A stretch of DNA of 64,000 nt from Psammoneis japonica. Its lineage: Eukaryota. This document shows, one piece after another, positions 13,820 through 27,361 of this stretch (position 1 is its first letter; each line of letters starts with the position of its first letter). Location: positions 1 to 64,000 of the forward strand of contig QPGO01000064.1 of assembly GCA_008632985.1 (NCBI GenBank). The letters are read 5' to 3'. The notes under the pieces were generated by a model. It searched no databases and was not told the origin of the DNA. It saw nothing but the letters and a program-made list of their open reading frames with translations. A program made the position numbers and the translations under genes.

Positions 13820-14255
13820 TTAGACCCTCTATCTATCTACTGTAGCTACTCTCTACTAGAGTAGCTACTAGCTAGAGAGGGCCTCTCTCTAGAGTAGTAG
13901 AGGGCTAGAGCGAGAGTGGTACCGTATTGTTGTGGAGGGCTAGCTACTACTAGCTACTCTAGAGTAGCTAGCTAGCTCTAGCTCTAGAGAGAGCTCTAAG
14001 CTACTAGCTACTCTCTAGCTAGAGACTAGAGTAGCTACTCTAGTACTCTCTAGAGTACTAGAGTAGCTACTCTAGAGAGTAGAACTCTCTAGCTAGAGTA
14101 GTTCTAGGTACTCTCTACTCTCTAGAGCCTAGAGTGGACATACAGGTAGAGAGAGTTGAGTACTCTACTCTCGATCTATCTACAGCACTGTACAGTAGAC
14201 TCTCTAGCTCTCTACTAGCTAGCTAGCTCTCTCTAGAGAGTAGAGAGAGCCCTCT
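13820..14255. repeat. Low-complexity CTAG/TAG/CTA/AGAG tract
   Basis: ~430 bp built from shuffled CTAG, TAGCTA, AGAGTAG, CTCTCT and AGTACT words, with no fixed period. Confidence 0.85.
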
Positions 14256-14550
14256 CTGCTGGCGATAGCGTAGACAATAAGTCATCGTACAGTAACAAAA
14301 TGTTTAACGAAAATGACTTATTGTATCTTTTGTTACATAAATCAAAACAATTTGTTGGACATCTGCTATTTAACATATTGGATCCCGAGACAAAAAGAAA
14401 TCAGGAAAGAATGAATCCACCGATGCATCACAAATCACACAACGTACTGTAACATCACACAAGCATTCTACTCGCAATCTTAACACTCTAACTCAACACC
14501 AACATTCGACGTGATTCATCGTTCTCGCGCCTTCGGTCCTCTTTGCTTCG

Positions 14551-16856
14551 ATGATCAACAAAGCGGCATGTATCGTGCTTGCTGCACTTGTTGTTGACGT
14601 CTTTGACGCATCTTCGGCGCAAAAACAAGAAAAGCCCAACATTGTATTGATTGTAGCGGATGATCTCGACGCCGACGAGCTTGGAGTAACAGCTCAAGAC
14701 ACAGGCACTTGGCCAACTAATACAGGAGCTGGACTACTCGGCTTGTGGACAAAGAAACATGATTCAAATGTACTCACTCCGCAGATTGATTCGCTGGCCA
14801 AAGAGGGTGCACTCCTAACCAAATACCACGTTAGCAACACGCAGTGCACAGGAAACCGCTATGCCATGCTGACTGGACGACAAGCAACCAGAGGAGACGA
14901 CTTGCTAAACCACTTTCCTATTGGGACTCTCGTCAATTTGGCTTGGGAAGCGGGTATTCTGAGAAACGAAACCAATGTTGCCAAATCTCTCCAAGCATTG
15001 GGATATCGGACCGGCATTATTGGAAAGTGGCACAATGTTGCCGAGTCTGACGAACGCAGGCTCCCTAAAAGAAATCGACCAGATCATTTGCCACAGGCCA
15101 CCTACGATCACACGCTGTCGGTTCAAGACAAACTCAAGGCTCATTATGACGCGCACGTGGCATATCTCAAAGATGGATTCGGCTGGGATGTGGTGGATAG
15201 GATGGAATGGGGTAATTCCATTGTAAATTTACAGTGGCAAGCCCAAGGTGCTGTCGAGTTTATCAAAGAGAGCGCTAATAAGAGCCCCTTCTTCCTCTAT
15301 GTTGCTCTCCCTGTGCCACACGGTCAATATTTCTTTCCATTTAACGATCTGGAGGGTTTTGACGATCGAGTCACCTCCCGGGGAATCATCACCGACGTGC
15401 CCACGGTGTTGCCGCCTGTATTCAGTGTCTATGCCCGCACGAGAGCGGCTGGTGTGAAGAAAGCGAATGCTATGGCCACACGAATGGATGACTATGTTGG
15501 AGTGATTCTGCGAGAGCTAAAAGATTTGGGGTTGAGTGACAACACCCTTGTACTGTTTACGAGTGACCACGCAAGTCGCGGAAAGAACGGATGTTATTCT
15601 GGCGGTGCTCACGTGCCTTTTATCGCTCGTTGGCCTGGAAAGATTAGGCCAAACACAAAGATTGACTCCCTCGTAGCCAGCGTTGACCTAGCCCCCACGA
15701 TTATCGATGCCGCGGGAGGAACCGCTCCTGCAGATATGATTGACGGGCATAGTTTCAAACCCATGCTGTTGGGACAACCAGAACCGAAGAACTACCGGTC
15801 GACCATCATACTTGAAGCACAGACTTGTCGAGCCGTTGTCACAAAAAACTCGAGTTACGTTGCGAACAGAGTGACCCCCGAGATTGCCAAGGCAATGGCA
15901 CAAAATCCAGGAGATGTCTTCTGGTCTGGAAAGGATCACCACAACTATGATAACGACGTCATGTATCCTGCGTACTGGGATGCGGATCAGCTGTATAATC
16001 TTGAAACCGATCTTTATCAGCAGGTTAACGTCGTCGCGGAGAAAAGCTATGATGCCCAGCTAAAGTCTCTCAGGGCCGAGCTAGACCGGTATATTGCGAC
16101 GACTCGTCACTCCTTTGGTGAGTTTGGAACCGGCATTTACCAAGGTGCCACGCAAGCCACACAGAACTTTCTCGAGTTCACCGAATCTGAAGGTTACGTG
16201 AAAGGAAGCCTTAAAACCTCTGACGGTTGGGTTGGGAACTTGGACAACTACATGGTGCACCCTACTGGGCACGGTTATTTACAACTTCCAAAAGGTAGTC
16301 ATGCAAGGAACATCGCGGTGATGAATGCTGGTCTTCCACGTTCAAAACGATATGAAGTTGTGTTGGACTTCCAGTTTGAATGTAAAAAAGGCAGCCTTGA
16401 TAGGAGGCGTGGCGTGCTCATGGCTGAAATCAGAGAGCTGTCGAAGAACGGAACAGGGAGGAGCGCTTTGGGAATTGCTTTGATGCGATCAAGAAGAGGG
16501 CACAAATACTTGTTGCGGCTCGCAAACAGCATGAATGTGGAATTGTGGAGAGCCAAAGGAACGGTCATCAACGAAGACCTTTTGGGTTTCGGTAGCTCAA
16601 AGGTGTTGTCCAGAGTGATCAACTGCGACTCACGTTCATACTGGAGCGTGGTTCAAACGAAAGTGACTGGGCTTTTACCGGCAGGTTGGAAAACCTCGAC
16701 GATGAGAAGGTTGTATCTATGCTGACTGGCACATTGAACTCTTCCCGGGACTTTTTCTCCGACGAGGTTCTGTTTGCCAGCATTAATTCTCTAGACTCAG
16801 AGGATTCGTCGCTCTTATCCAGACGGACAATTCAAAGGATTGCCGCAAGGTCGTAA
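14551..16856 (+). CDS. Secreted sulfatase copy 3; 1-bp frameshift at ~16602
   Basis: Paralogue of copies 1 and 2. After the shift the frame continues QSDQLRLTF...IAARS to TAA at 16854-16856. Confidence 0.9.
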
Positions 16857-17090
16857 AACCAAAACATCAGTTGATACTACTTGTCAGTAATCCATCAATG
16901 CGACAAATTTCATGCCACGAAGTAGTTTTCTCTATGAAATAAGCTAGACTTCTCTATGAATAAGGCGGGCTATGTCATCGGACCCATAGGTGCGGTAGCT
17001 ATCTTGCGGCTAAAGACTCCGGGAAAACTTCTCAGTCTTACTCTGCGCGGGGTCTGTCTATCTCAGCAACGAGGAGAGGCCGACAACCCT

Positions 17091-19142
17091 TCAAGCAACA
17101 CCTCCAATCATTGTTCTATTCCCTACAGAGTCTTCTGTTGTTGATGCCTCTCCTCTTTTTGCCAATGTCAATTCAAAATTCTGTAACTTCAACCGATCTA
17201 GATAAGGAAAATATTCAGGAGGCTCCCATCGAGTTGAATTGCCAGTGGGAGCATCCCAGTACATTGACCCAGTGTCTATTGGGGCAAAGTCACCCCTGCT
17301 TGCAAATGGTAATAACAACCGATTCGCAATAAACGGCATCGACTTGATAAGCATCGATGGCATGAATCGTCTAGGAATGCATTGCGCCCACACTCTGAGT
17401 CCCATCACTACATGACCGACTCCACTTAATCGCCAACTAAGGAAATGCTCCCAGAGTGCGTCCTGAGACAGCGCGACGAAAAGAAGGTTGGATACGTTTG
17501 GTTTGATCAACAACGCACAATCTTACAAAACGATGATGCAGCGACGAAGTACATACCGGAAGACGAAAGAATCCTGTGAAGAAGTCCCTCAACTCCTGCG
17601 GGCGAAGGAGGCACAGCAGTTCAAAACCAAAATGCATAAAGTCGCGCTGACGTCTCTCGTCGGTTGGCCACACTGCTCCCCAACCAGATGCAGCTACAGC
17701 ATCCAGATCACTCTTATCAATAGGATCGCCACGCTCCAACTTTGATCGGACGTCCTTCAGCGAGGGCGCAACGGAGGCGGCCACTCGTGGTGCAATTTCC
17801 ATTGCTCGAGCCACCATGTATCCTGATGCCGGATGAACGAGTGACGACGTGGCTCCTATCATGAATCATATGGAAAAGAGTGAATGAGTATTATCGAACA
17901 CCCCTTAACGATGAAAACCAGGTCAGAAGCAATGACGGATCTTACCGAAGCCAAGCGTTCGCTGCGGAACAACAGGATCAGCCCCACCCATGGGAATAGC
18001 TGCTCGTTCATCCTCTAAGACCTCGGTTGCCACAATCCCTAGTGCATGCATTCGTTTCTTTAATCTTGCTTGCAAGTCTTTTGAGGATGCACCTGGTCTA
18101 GATACGAGGACAGTCTCTTCCAGAAATAATTCATCTTCTGCCAAAGGCATGGCATATACAAACGACGGAAATCGATCATTTGATGCTCGAAGCTCTGGAT
18201 CGTCATGAAGATGCTTTTCACAATAGTCCATTAGAACCATTCGCTCCAATTTGTAAGGTCCCAAATTCTGCCCCGGCAACGTCGAGGCACATCGAAACAC
18301 GAAATCAGTGACTCCTTTTTTTAAACGGAAGCACCAACCGCATCACACCCGAAAGTGACTTACCTCCACCCGAAACCTTGCACCATATGTCACTTGAAAG
18401 CCAGGATCAAACTTAGTATCATGCTCTACAAATTGTCGAGAAAAGCCAGTCGCATCTGCAACCAGCAGTGCCTTTACAGCTGATACGCATCCCTTGGAAT
18501 CACGAATTGTGACAATTGAAGGCTGGTCCTCGAAATGTTGCAAGTCACAGGCTCTAGCGCATCCAAATATGACACCTCTGTCCGAACATTCCTTAAGCAG
18601 TCGCTCCTTCATTTTCTTTCGGTTTACTCGTCCGTACGGTCGACGAATGATTAATTCGTCCGTTTCTTCGTCGAAAATCACACCCTGGCAACAAAAAAAT
18701 TTTTTTGTTGGAATCACACGGACGAAAAAGCGAAGGGTTGCTGCCCAGCAATCTTCAGACTTACCACTTGTTTCCACACACGGTCGATGCAATCTGCATA
18801 CCCAAACGGTTCTGCTTCATCCATCCACACGCCGTAGTTGTTCGGCCAAGGTTTGTCGAGAACTGGATCCACGACACCGACAGAACATCCTTCTTTTGCA
18901 AGAGCTGATGCAAGCAACAGACCACCCGGACCAGCACCACAAACAATAACATCTAATACCTCAGAGTGCAAGAAATCGTCGTTTCCATTGGCGATCGCGT
19001 CGAGAGCATTCGTTCTTCTCGTACCAAGCGTCGACCGGAAATCCCGGAAGGATGGAGGTTGATGCCTAATGACAGGTAAAACTGCAAAAGCAGAAATTCC
19101 GACCACGCTAACCGAGAGGATAAGAAACGCAATTTGTTTCAT
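17091..19142 (-). CDS. LCYB: Lycopene beta-cyclase (CrtL type), plastid-targeted, about 5 exons
   Basis: Signal + ISA|F transit, DVIVCGAGPGG FAD motif, WPNNYGVWMDE, YGRVNR, ADATG, FLEETVLVSRP, IPMGG, LVHPASGY. GTAAGT donors at ~18764 and ~18363. Confidence 0.88.
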
Positions 19143-19489
19143 TCTTGATTGTCATCAACCAGATTGCCAATCGCAATCACAAATGCTGACAATGCTGAAT
19201 GAAGATAGATAGCCCCTAGACGATAGATTACAGATACATAGATGTTGCTGAAATCGCAAAAGTCCCACCGACCAAACGGCATTGCGTGTTGATGAAGTTG
19301 AGAAGCGCGATCTCTTCTACGAAAATATGTACCAGAGACTACGTAGATTACTTCAACATGTGGAGGGAGAAAACCAAAATCGAAAAACCAAAATTCCATA
19401 CTTGTACTGTAGTGATGCGTGGAGCGAGGGGGGTTGGCATCAGTGAATACACGTTCTGTGTTCACAATCTATTCTATCTACACTACTAG

Positions 19490-22089
19490 CTAGTACCCTG
19501 CAGGTTTCCCACCTTTTCGAATATCCGATACGGCTTGCAGTTGTGTTCGTTTCCATGTCGACTGCCACCGCTTGCACTGTGCCCATGTAATCGACGGGCA
19601 ACAGTGTATGGCCCCTTTTCTTCAATGCAGCTAGGGTTTCGATTGATGTGGCGACTGAAATATTCTTGTCGGTTTGAGCCACCAATGGCTCGCGTTCCCA
19701 TGTTGTAACGGCCCTGCCATGATAAAGCAGTTGATCGTGTAAGCGTGGACTTGCCACTGCTTCATACAAGGGCATTCCCAACCAAGCGTAATTCAATATC
19801 ACTTGTACAACAGCTGATATAATTTTCGGACCACCACTTGCCCCAAGAACAAGCAACAAGCTTCCCAAATCGTTTTCGTCTCTACTTTCTTCATCATCCT
19901 CCTCGCTATCACTATCTGTGGAACGAAAAACCATGGTAGGTGACATGGACGACAATGGGCGTTTCTTGGGCGAAATGTAGTTCGCTTTGGAAGGATGGAG
20001 GCCAAAGTAGTTGAGCTTTCCTGGTGTAGCAAAATCGTCCATCTGGTTGTTGAACACTATCCCTGTAGACGGACTCATCACTTTGGAGCCAAAATACGTG
20101 TTTACTGTTGAAGTGATTGCAACCGCATTACGGTCCTTGTCCACCACTGAAAGATGAGTTGTACCGTGGTCGTGAAGGTATCCAAAATGTCTTAGTTCAC
20201 GTCGTCGTCGCGCCTCGTCTGGTAGCAACAACTGTCTTCGATCTCCTTCATTTGCGTCTCGCATCTCTGCTGTTCCATTTTGTCCATCTCCATCATTCAG
20301 TTTTGCCCATTTTGGTCCGCCATACAGTGACATTGGCAGCTCCTCATCATCCTTGGTCAGCCGCCGAAGTTTGTCCATGTACGTTCCTTGTACCATGTCG
20401 GCGACAGCAGAAGCGGTTGTATTCTGATTAAATGCTGGATCGCTCAATGACATGCGGATTGCGAAAACGTGCTTCAACGATTCGACAAGGCGGTGTTTTG
20501 ACAATGTATCCGCCAAGTAGGCATATGGATTCTTGTAACCCGACAAGAATCTCGCGGCACCGACAATGGCTGCACCGCCCGAACTGGGCGGACCAATCCC
20601 GACAAGATTGACACCGTGAACGTTTCGTGCTACAAGTGGACTTCTCAACACGGGCTTGTATTCCGATAAATCGTCCGCTGTAATAATGCCACCGGCCTCT
20701 TGAATGTCCTTGGCGATTCGTTCTCCCATTTCTCCCTTGTACATGACATCCGCTCCTCCATTCATGATTGCTTCTAGAGTCTTTGCCAGCTTTGGTAATT
20801 TCAACATATCACCTTCTCGAACAAGTCTAGTACTGCCATTCTTATCTCGAATCGAAAAGGCGTTCCATAACTCTGGAAAAGGCTCCATCTTTTTCGTATT
20901 GATTTTGACTTCGTGAGCCAAATAGGGAGATACCACAAAGCCGTCTCGAGCCAACACCATGGCGGGTTCTACCACCTTGGTCCAGGATAATGTACCGTGT
21001 CGAGCATGTGCAAGTTCTAGCCCTCGAAGTTCCGCTGGAACAGCAATCGCCAAGCCACCGACTGGCACATGCGCAAGATATATGGAGAAGAAGTGGCTGG
21101 AATTGAGACGACGAGTGAAATTGAAGAGAACATTCCGAAACAGACACTCACCTTCCGAAGACGCTCCCGGAGCTTTGAACATGTTTTTGCTAGCACCTGC
21201 CGGTGCCTCCTCTCTGCAATCTATAAACTCGGTAACCTTTTCCGACGCATCCACCTTGTCTGCTGTGTCTACTACCCGTGCATCATGAAACGGGGGCGAG
21301 ACGTATTGTTCATGATTCACCTTGGCCTTGTGCGTGTGGAGATTGGAATGAATCAAAATCATGGCACCACCACCAATGCCCGAGGAGGCAGGATTGACAA
21401 CTCCCAAACACAGAGTCGTGGCAACCGCGGCATCCACGGCGTTTCCGTTCTCGTACTGCAAAATGTTGTTGCCCACGTTGCTACAAATTTCCATGTCGGA
21501 TGCGACCGCGCCTTGCATATTTTTGACTAGGAAAGAACAATAGAGAAGAATAAAAGTGAGAAGAAATACCCGTTTGCCATGTCGTTTGATTAAAAAGCCA
21601 GAGAGCAAAACACGTACTTGTGCAGGTAGGTTCGAGCGCCGCAATCGGATCATCACAAACGTCCATGTCAGAATCGTCAGGAAGAATCACTTGATGATGA
21701 TCATCGTAATCGTCACTCGGACTATTGGTTGCAGGAGACCCATTCCAGGACACTGCTAAAATTAAAACAATGAACCCAAGTCCAAGCAGTAGAGCACAAA
21801 TGGCTTGCTTTCGGAATCGAAAATGCGAACCGTTGTGCATCTCATACTTGTCATCCCCGGAAAAGAACGCTTCAAAGGATAAATGACGATTATACGACGG
21901 TTTCTGAGTTTGTGTAGCCGTCTTTCGTCGATGAGGCGCATTGGATGATTCGTCACGGTGCAAAAGGTCATGATCAAAGGATGTCTCGTCGTCGTTGTTG
22001 TTGTTTGCATGCTCGCCTTGCGAGGGCCGCTTTTGATAGGACGATTCAAGCAGACTGCCTTCTTCAATTTTTGCAGAATTTTTAATCAT
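19490..22089 (-). CDS. GGT: Gamma-glutamyl transpeptidase, type II membrane protein with introns; 1-bp frameshift at ~19540
   Basis: GNAVDAAVATTLCLGVVNPASSGIGGG, IDCREEAP, PPSSGG, catalytic HG|TTHLSVVD, PLSSM, GASGG. C-terminus AVSDIRKGGKPAGY* lies in the shifted frame. Confidence 0.9.
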
Positions 22090-22593
22090 GGTTCCACTGC
22101 TGGGTCGTTTGTGCTAATTATGATGTATCTAAGCTTGATGCAGGATATGTAGGTCAATCGAGATAAGAGTTACGGTATTGTTCAGTGCCTTCTTTGTTCT
22201 TGTCGTTGTTCTTTGTTCCCGTGCTAAAAAAGGGGGTCTTGCATTCGTGCTCTGTCCGCCGTGCGAAAAAGCAATTTTGGAATTTATCTTCACACTTTGT
22301 GTTTGATTATAGATATACCTCAATTTGAACGATATTCAGAAAATACTATTATTCAATCCCTTAGTTATCAATTTATTTCCCGCCATTTTTCCTTGATTTT
22401 TTTTTATTTCAGATGTTATGATCGACCATGGCGTCGCCGTCTACCCCGATGCTGTTGAGTGCACCCACACCACATGTTGATTTCAAGAACCGTTCGTAAA
22501 TAGAGAAGGACCAGCAGGCGATATCATACTGGATCTTTGTTTAGAATCGATCCTCGTTGTTGAAGCAGCGCGCTTCCAGTAGAATACCTCGAC

Positions 22594-24488
22594 ATGGCAG
22601 TTCCAACTCGATATCTCACCAAGTCGCTCTTCAAAAAGGCCCTCGAGTGTCCTCGAAAGCTTGCATATGCGCTCTCGTCCGACTATACAGAAAAGACAAT
22701 GGACGCATTTCTTCAGAGCTTGGTGGACGATGGAAAACTGATTGGTGCCTACAGCCGTCTCTTGTTTCCCAACGGCATTGAAATTATTGGAGAGGGACCA
22801 GTTGACGAGCTTGTCCAACAAACCAACAATTTATTGGAAGCAAATGACTCTATTATAACGATATTTGAAGCTGCCGCTCGAACGAGAATTGCCTTATTCG
22901 TGCAGACATTCTACAGAAAACTGCTTGTGGTGACTTGGAATTGATGGAAGTCAAGGCCAAATCATGGGACGCTGCAAAGGGTCTTGATCAAATTGTCACC
23001 AAGAGCGGTGATATCAAATCTGCCTTTTTACCATATATTCAGGATGTGGCATTCCAGAAATTGGTTCTTCAAGAATGCTTTCCTGGCCGCAATGTGACGG
23101 CATACCTTGTGTTGCCAGACAAGACCAAAATCAACAACACCATTCCTGGACTGAACAGCTTGTTTCAACGAGACGAGAATGGAAATTTCTGGTTGTACGA
23201 TGCTTCTCGACAATTGATTCTGGACTCGAATGAAATACTAGTCTCAAAAATTCATGTCGACGATCTGGTTGACAAGGTGATTGACGGTCAAGTCTCTGCA
23301 CCTGGCATTCATGGGGACTTTCGGCAAGTAGTTTGTGATTTGGCTGACATTTTGCGACAAGAGGATGGGATTGAAAGTTTATCGCCTCCTATTGGTAGCC
23401 AATGCCGAAACTGTGAATTCCGTACTCGACAAGAAAATTCTGGATATGATGCTTGCTGGAGTCGAGCGGCTGGTATTTCAAACGCCAGTCAGGAAAATCT
23501 TGTGGTTGACTTGCACTACGGTGGAAAAATCGTCGATTCATTTATATCAAACAATCAATATTTCATGGCGGACTTGGAACCTTCAGATCTTGGACTGGAT
23601 AAGAGTGGCAAAGATCCAAAGAAGAAAGGATTAGGATTCAGTCGCTCAGAAAAGCAGTGGTATCAAGCGCAGAACGTGGATTCGGTTATTCTGGACCGAG
23701 ACTACCTTTGTCAAGAAATGGCTTCATGGGAGTACCCTTGGCACTTTATTGACTTTGAAACAATTTCTTCGGCGCTTCCCTACACGACAAACAAGCGGCC
23801 TTGGGAGATACTCGCGTTTCAATTCTCCCACCACATTTTGGATCGAGATGGGAGCGTCACGCACGCGTCTGAATTTCTACACGCAGCACCTGGACAATGC
23901 CCGAATCGCCCGTTCCTTGTTGCTTTGGCTGAGGCTTTGCGACAGTACAATGGCACAATCTTTCGTTGGGGAGCGCATGAGAACACTGTCCTCTCCAATC
24001 TTGTCAAATCTGAAGCTCTCTCGGGTCCCGATTTAGACATGATTGAGTCGCTGATTGTCGGTGGCGAGAGAGCAATGGTTGATCTTATGCGAATCGCTCA
24101 AAAGGGCATTTACGTTCCCGGTAGTAATGGGAGTTCATCCATCAAAAAGCTGTTGCTTCCGACGATGAAAATCTCTGGTTATCTGAAAGATCTTTACAGT
24201 CTACCATACAATGGCAAGAATTTCACGGGCATGCAGTGGTGGCAACAAGACTGCGAAAGTGGATATCCTTTAGACCCGTACTCGGTTCTATCCTCCAACA
24301 CGACTGGTGCAAAAGTGGCGGACGGCGGAGACGCCGTTGTCGCCTACAAGGCGCTTCAGTCCATCAATCTTGACAATGGCGAACGTGCATTGATCGAAAA
24401 GTCGCTTCTCAAGTATTGCGAGTTGGACACGCTGGCAATGGCAATGATTGCGCAAGGTTTACAAGGCTTTGTAGCAGATGCCGGTTGA
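22594..24488 (+). CDS. DUF2779-like protein (PD-(D/E)xK-type N-terminus plus RNase H-like/DEDD C-terminus), bacterial type; frameshift at ~22880
   Basis: YLTKSLFKKALECPRKL, RADIL...EVK, QDVAFQ, CxxCEF...C, HFIDFET, FQFSHH, HENTVL, SIKKLL, YCELDTLAM. No introns. Confidence 0.75.
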
Positions 24489-24879
24489 CTTGGTTCATTC
24501 AACAATGGGATTCATGACGGACATCTGTAAAACGAATGGGTGTCCAGAAGAAAGTATCGTATTAGACTGTCGCCCCCACTTGCCAGCTGATGCAACAGCA
24601 GACAGAGCGTAGTGACACACTGTACTTTCCTGTCGGATTGAACGAGACCAACGAGCTACCGCATGGGTTTTAATGTGATTTATCATGCAGTACGCGTTGC
24701 CGATCTCGAGAGTGAAGGCCAAGAAAAAAATGAAAGAGTCAATTAGAACTAGCAACTAGAACTTGTTGAATTGTCCAATGCCCCTCGAGAAGTGAAACTG
24801 TGGTTTTACATCTTTGTCCGTGACATTTCTAGGTGAGCTGTTGAGACAATAAGGAGCTGTCTTGGTCCCGCTTCGCTTG

Positions 24880-26150
24880 GCCATTTTGACATGCTCCAGA
24901 CTGTTTGTCAGAAACCACAAAACAAAGTTCTCATCGCTGCGTGGACCTGTCAAGACTGCAGGTGCATGATTGTGGCAATGCAGCAAGTGTCCTCCTGCAT
25001 CATTCATTTGGATGAAGCAATCCATTTCATCTTGCATCACTTTGTCACACAGTCACAAGAGATGCGGTTGTCCCACAGCCCCAGCAAGGATTTGGCCAGG
25101 GGGGTTGTCATCATCCACTGTTGTTGTTTTTCCTTGGAAATGGATTTGAGAGCAAGATGACTCACTAAAAAACAGCAAGCTTGTTGGTGAAAAAACAGCT
25201 GATGATTTCAGATGCCACCCAGGGGGCTGCACAGCTCTCTGTGTCCATGAAGCAAGTGCTGTGCACCACATTTCTTCTGTCATGTGTCTTTGTTGAAAGC
25301 AGCAGGCATTCCCATGTGAGTGCAAGCTTGCCAACACTGATGGTAAAAAAGCCAGGGTCTCATTGCATGGTCCAAGCCAAGCTGGGCAGACCAGCTCATG
25401 ATGGGCCATCGTCTTTTTGTGCACACAACTTGCTTCAAGTTCTCTAACTTTTCAACCTTGCTGCTTGCTTCTAGCAAGCTCTCCCTCCAGTGGTGTGCAG
25501 CTTTCAATGTGCCTGCAATGAGTGCTGGTGCGGCATTGTTGCTGATGTGCTCCATGTGCTGCAGTGTGTTTCTGCGCCACAATTTTTCTCACCAAGTGTG
25601 CCAAAGGCACAAAAAAGCCATGCACACATGTTTTTCTGAAATGTTTTGGCAGCAGTCATCATCTTCAGCACAGCAGCTGAGCAACAAAACAGCAGCCATC
25701 ATGTGCCATTGTTGGTGTCTGCTGCTCCTGTCAGCAGCACACACAGCCCTTGGGGACAAGGTTGGCTTTGTGGCCACCAAGGGCTTTGAAGGGCACAACA
25801 TGTGTGTGTGGTTGACAAACCAGGTGCTGCAAAGGATTTGAAAAAAACCTCCCCACCTGTGTGAGACTTTGTTGTGGCATGCTGTGCCTTGGAGTGGCTG
25901 CCCACAAACTTCTTCTCAGTGCTGGCTGCCCATCATGAGGCAGCTCATGATGGGAGAAACAGCAGAGCTCTGCCACATGGTGGCCAGCATCAACCCACCA
26001 CTCGAGCAGGCTGTGCCTGGTGTACAGGAAGCTGTTGGTCCCAACAAGTGGCACCTGGCTTGTTCATTTGACAACGCAATTTGTTTTGCACTTTTTCTCA
26101 TGTCATGCGGTCAGCATGTCGGCATTTGCGAAAGCACGAACGCTTTTCTT
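24880..26150. other. TpA/CpG-depleted island, decayed minus-strand coding relic of unknown origin
   Basis: About 5 TpA seen in 1.2 kb. The minus-strand ORF 24756-25040 grades from Tyr-free (HLLHCHNH) to Tyr-containing at the island edge. Confidence 0.6.
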
Positions 26151-26310
26151 AGATTGGTGCGAATCTTTCCAGGTTTTTTTCACTTTTCTCGCAATGGGCA
26201 CAATGTGAAATGGCGGCGGTGGGAATTTAAATCCAGCAACCTTTCAACCAATCTAAAAAATGAACATCTGGTCTTTGTCTCGAACTCAATTGCCGAGTAG
26301 TTTCAATATT

Positions 26311-27336
26311 ATGTTGCCGCGATCTTCCCTTGGATCTACGTTGTTGCCCAGGAGATCATTGTTTTCGTCGCTAACCAGACCATCCGTTGTTTATTCCAAT
26401 CATCACATTTGCGGTAAGTTAAAAGGAGAAAACAAATTACATGGAGAGTATCTACTTGCATCAACCCTCATCTCTTAATTGGTTTTTGCATCAGTAATCA
26501 ACAAGCCCGCTGGTTGGCATTCCATCCCCAACTCTACTCCCAGCATCAATAGCATTCTAACCATGCCCACGAAAAAAGAAAAAGAAGAGGACAACAAAAA
26601 GTGTCTCTTGTCGTGGAGTAAAGACAACAAGTTGGGCGGTGGAAGTGATGGTCGATTTTTGTTGCCGCTTCATCGGCTAGACCAGCCTTGTACCGGTGCT
26701 CTCGTCATGGCGAAAACGAGCAAGGCAGCAACTCGAATCACCAAGGAATGGAAGATTGGAAAGGTGATCAAATCGTATCTTTGTGTCTTGCCAAAAAAGA
26801 AAAAGAGTCTTAATAGACTTTGTCAGTATTCGAAAAGAATTGCAAACGGCAAGCAAGGATATACACACGAACTGAGCGGGCTCTTGACAAAGGATCGCAA
26901 ACCATTGAAAGTAAAGGGGAGAGTGCAGTCGAATGCTGGCTGGTCTGTTGTTATGAAACCGCTGAAAGACCGAGGTACGAAAAAGAAGTCTCCTCCAGGA
27001 ACAAGACTGTGCCGTATTCAATGGAAGGTTGTCAAAACACCGAACGAGTCGTTTGCAGTAATCAAAGTCAAGACGACCATTGGGGCGCGCCACATGATTC
27101 GAGCGTTGCTGGGTCAAATTGCCAGCACTCCTATTGCCGGTGATACACGATATGGGTCTTCTATTGACAACAAGCTTCCCGACAAGTCAGTGGCTCTGCA
27201 TGCGTATGAGATTACCTTTTCGCCCTCTCTCAAACTTGGTGGTCTGGATAGCGCGAACCGTCATTTTGTGGCACCGCTCCCGTCAATATGGAAAGCCTAC
27301 TTTGACCTTACGGACGCTTGTATAAGTCAAGATTAA
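26311..27336 (+). CDS. RluA-family pseudouridine synthase (intron 26414-26494)
   Basis: VVYSNHHIC|VINKPAG, HRLDQPCTGALVMAK, GARHMIR, PIAGDTRYG, ALHA. The GTAAGT..CAG intron keeps the frame. Confidence 0.88.
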
Positions 27337-27361
27337 AATAGCTTATCTAATTACTAGCATA

